A DNA stretch of 64,000 nt. It comes from Pavona decussata. Lineage: Eukaryota. The translations under genes were made by a program, and so were the position numbers. The stretch's first letter is position 1; every line of letters starts with the position of its first letter. The notes beneath the pieces were generated by a model. It saw only the letters and a program-made list of their open reading frames with translations. It ran no database searches and was not told where the DNA came from. Shown here piece by piece: positions 60,135 to 64,000 of the stretch. The stretch lies in assembly GCA_977016875.1 (NCBI GenBank), contig CDRNST010000020.1:5332001-5396000 (forward strand), in the 5' to 3' direction.

Positions 60135-60984
60135 AACAGGATTTATATAAAGTTCTTACCTCACTACCACATATGCATGTATTTTTGTATTCAGTCACAA
60201 ACCACATTGTCCATTTCCTCGTCTGTGTTTTCAGTAGGGGAATATCATCTTTGTCAGCAAAACGAAATTCTTCATTATTTTCACCTTTTCCAGAGTCAAA
60301 GTCGAGCACAGAATAATCTCTTCCAGCCACTATTTTTAACTCACTGTTTTGGATTCGTGAAGCGTAAGAAAAAGTCTCAAAATTGAACCAAAACAGCCGA
60401 AGTTTGCCAAATTGCGCCAAATTGCAAACTGGTTACACAGTAGTTACCAGTCCCTAATATCGCTCTGAGAGACAATGCAATGGGAGAAGCCCAAGGACCA
60501 AATCCCAGACAAGTTGCGAGAGTTTGAGTGACATTTCGCATTTGTAAAAAAAAAAAAAAAGAAATGAAAAGAAAAAAAATCATTTCTCAGCCGAAAGCTA
60601 TTCCAAAAAGATATATTTTTTTTACAGTTGTTGAATAAATTCTCCCCTTTTTTGCTTTGGGTGGTAAAGGGTATTCTCATGAGTGGTGATCAGCTTTTGG
60701 TTTGTTGTTCTTGTTGTTGTTGTTTTTTTCGCCAAAACAAAAAGCAAGTAAATTCTGATAAATAAATTAATAAATTTCAGTTTTCTACAGAAGTTCGACA
60801 GTTGCACTCACAACCACAGCCATAGGTTACAGCATTGCAGGGGGAAATTTTGTATTCAGACCATGTGGGGACTCTGAACAGCTGTCTGAAAAGAAGTTGC
60901 TATATCCACCAAATCGTACCTCCATTCGATTCAAATGCAGTAAAATGGTAAGCTTTTCAGTACACCATACCATACCATTCCATA

Positions 60985-61835
60985 CCTTGTAGTCACTTTT
61001 TAGGTAGCGCTTAGCAGACACCAGGCGTTCCCGCTGTTCTTTAGCCCACGTCATCCCCATTAAATGGTCTCCCAAGCGCTCTGCCACATTGATAAGATCT
61101 TCAAAAGCCTGAGCTCCAGCCGAACCTATATAGTCCAGACCTTGCAACGACTTTCTAGTAGAGGCTGTACAAACGGAAAGGATGTTTAACAGAGTTCTGC
61201 GGCTGAGAGGGGTAAAATTGGACTCCACTGCATGTGCAAGATATTGCTTTACAATGGTTTCAGGGATTAACATTTGGATAACATTAGGGACTGTCACGAC
61301 ATTATTTCTTGACAACTTGATAGTCTTCTCTCCGAATGGCAAATCCTGGATGACGTGAGGACTCGTTATGAAATCCAAGAAGTGGTTGACCTGTGCAGGT
61401 GACATGAACATTTTATTCTGGGACGACTGTTGCAGTGGAAAAACCTCTTCCATGAAGGATTGTATGCTTTCTTGCAATACTGAATCTGTACCGGGTTCGG
61501 AAAGTTGCCTTGTCTGCCATTATCGAAAGTATTTGACGCTGTATGTCCCAGGTGCTTGCATTACTGTAGCACTCCGTCAGAGCGTTCATGAGTTTGTTAT
61601 CCACCTCCTCACCCTCGCTTTCGCTGTCACTAGAGAATTGTTGGTTCAACGATGGACCAAGCGAATGCCACAACGTTTCTGATTGATTGGGTGCTACTTC
61701 ATCTAAGACAGCACTCACTCCCTGTTTTACTTTTTGAAGATGGCAACGAAACGTTCTTTCGCTCGATTCATTCCATGGTAACATTACAGTATGCCTCACT
61801 GGGCTGACATCCTTACTTTCTAAGAATTCGTTCCA
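60985..61835 (-). pseudogene. Transposase exon from a second, divergent Sola3 family
   Basis: ALTECYSNASTWD..RQILS, HFLDFITSPHVIQDLPFGEK, RKSLQGLDY, YLKSDYK|GT align with exon 4 of the main Sola3 transposase, including the intron position. Confidence 0.85.
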
Positions 61836-61842
61836 TTTCCCG

Positions 61843-61926
61843 TCCGGGGATCATTTGCAGTTCAATTTGAGGATCATTTCCAGTCCGGGGATCATTTGCG
61901 GGCCGGGATCATTTGCAGGCCTGTAC
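61843..61926. repeat. GGGATCATTTGC minisatellite-like repeat (4 units)
   Basis: ggggatcatttgcag / gaggatcatttccag / ggggatcatttgcgg / cgggatcatttgcag. Confidence 0.8.
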
Positions 61927-62876
61927 ATACCGCTTGTAAGCCACCGCCGCCCCAGAACCCCACGTCCCCACCTCACCTCCCCGATATATAAGCTACCCAA
62001 GTTATTCGACTGTGCCCAAAACACGGTATTAAGTTGTATTGCAACCGGTATACAATATTTCACTGAACACAAACCTACTAAATTCGCCACCAAATCATAA
62101 GGACAGATGAAATTAATGTGATCTTCCAAACTTCACTTTATCGGTATGCGTGACAATGTCATACTCGAGCGTCACGCATTACTAACAATAACTGGTGACG
62201 ATTGACCAAACATTTTTTCGCTTTCAACGAAGTTACCTTTCGTTTCTGAAAACGACGCATCACATGGACCATTGCTGGAGCACACTCTGAAGTAAGTCGG
62301 CCTTTTTAAGTATGAAGCACGAGTTTAGATTCATAATTTCAATCAAAACCTGAGTTTTCGGCTTTAATAAGTGATTACAGTCGCTTTGCATATTAAGGAC
62401 ATGACAATATGCTAATGAGCTCACATTTCAGTCAAACTACTCAGATTTCGATGGCGTTTTATGAAGCCCTCGCTAAATAACCCAAATCAATTTTTATATG
62501 CTGTGTAAGACGAGTTCTTTGCACACTTTATAGCTATAAAATTAACCCGATTGGAGAGTGGCCACATATCGAAAACTCAGTTTGTAATTATAAGGTCAAA
62601 CTTGCTTTACCAAAGCTGTTATTAGATCTATATCAAAGAATGTGTTTTTTCGCATTAAGAAATATCATCTACATTCGAAAAACAAACTGATATTTAGTGA
62701 CAAATAATTCTTTGTTTAAGTTCAGTACCAACTTTTCGATGATATAGCCTCAGCGATTATCACGAGAGCGTTTTTCCGAATGCTAATTTTTGCTAATTTA
62801 TTCCGACAATTTTTGGCCAGCGAGAGCGCGAAATCGATTTTCTCATATATTTCTAAAATTCGGCCGTATTTTTGAA

Positions 62877-63029
62877 AATAAACCTTGAAACCTTTTAAAA
62901 CTCACTAATACCTCGCTACAAACTCCAAATGAAGGTAGATTAAATTTTAAATTTTAATAAACCTTGAAACCTTTCAAAACTCACTAATACCTCGCTACAA
63001 ACTCCAAATGAAGGTAGATTAAATTTTAA
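62877..63029. repeat. ~79-bp near-perfect tandem duplication
   Basis: aataaaccttgaaacctttyaaaactcactaatacctcgctacaaactccaaatgaaggtagattaaattttaa occurs twice. Confidence 0.9.
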
Positions 63030-64000
63030 GCATGGCCGCGCTTTGATCAATATTTTTGTGCATTTGCTCTTAAAGCTTAAAGTCCTTTTTTTAACCATGA
63101 ATTTCAGAGGCGTGCAGACATACCCAAAAACCAAACAATAACGGTCTGATTTTGTAAAACAACACTCAAGCAATTATAAATTTTCACTAGAAAGTGAGGA
63201 TGGAAAACGTGGCTTGGATGGAAGTGGATTTCAAATGATTATTAGTTTGGATTTTAAAAACGTGACATATGACAGCTAATTTTTTTTTCAATATTTTCTT
63301 GTCTCAGTTTAATAGAAAAATGTAAAAAGATCAAAACAGACTTGACTGACTAGCAGGGGAACTTATATTCACAATGGCAACGTCCAGTACATTCAAGGTT
63401 TTGTTTCGCGTTATTAAAAAAATATCTGCAACAGCTGAAAAGTTGATGTCCAGCTGCACAACGATGACAACATTTTCGTTTGCATGCACAAGAAAGGCGA
63501 AAACGTGAAATCTAACCCAAAGGCTTTAAGTCCCCACGACTGTAATGTGATAAAAACAAAAGTACAACCTACCTCTATTTGCCAGCATTAACAGTTTTTC
63601 AGTAATGCGGCGAAGTGTTGCCTTCGCAGACGTGTTTGCGTTATCCGCCATCACTGCTTCACCTGCGCCTGGCCCTGCACGCCTTGCAAACTATTGAGTT
63701 CACGAGTTTTGCACAACGGCTTACCATCTCAACGTCGGTTCACTCAAACGAGAAGTTTAATGTCCAAACAAGAATGTTGCATTGCGCTGCAAGCATATCG
63801 CACTCCGCACCATAATCACACACACGGAACATCAAGGTCGCAGTGAAATACACGAATGTCACAAGTAAAGGAAGGAAAGTTGAATTTAAAATATGACTTT
63901 TGGTTTGTGAAGAAGGAAAACAAGAATGTTGGATTGTGATGCACACGTATCACGCCATAGGTAGAACACACAAACGAATGTCGCATGTGAATGGTATTTG

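Noticed and set aside
61843-61926. CRISPR-like short repeats
   Set aside because: Four degenerate units with very short spacers, no cas genes, eukaryotic context; a minisatellite-type repeat.

Overview
AT-rich eukaryotic (metazoan; repeat content and transposase families suggest a cnidarian such as a scleractinian coral - inference only) DNA made up almost entirely of nested transposable elements; no intact host gene was recognised. Bases 1-18227 are a ~99.5% identical copy of 41815-60006, consistent with a ~41.8-kb head-to-tail segmental duplication whose junction (18227/18228) cuts a BEL/Pao LTR. Main elements: a 10.7-kb intron-containing Sola3 DNA transposon (two copies; GAG...CTC ends, ~800-bp TIRs, TTAA target); two unrelated full-length but decayed BEL/Pao LTR retrotransposons (A, minus strand, two copies; B, plus strand); an L1/Tx1-type LINE split into three in-frame pieces by BEL-B and Sola3; a TA-flanked IS630/Tc1 element carrying a second convergent ORF; a decayed RAG1/Transib-like transposase; and Harbinger, SGNH-hydrolase (Ngaro/DIRS-like), RING, CR1/L2 and MITE fragments. 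Most notable observation: neither BEL/Pao element has a tRNA-type (TGG...) primer-binding site. In each, the PBS position is instead complementary to a CAGTY-starting segment inside its own LTR (a perfect 11-mer in element B), the geometry of Tf1-style self-primed reverse transcription.
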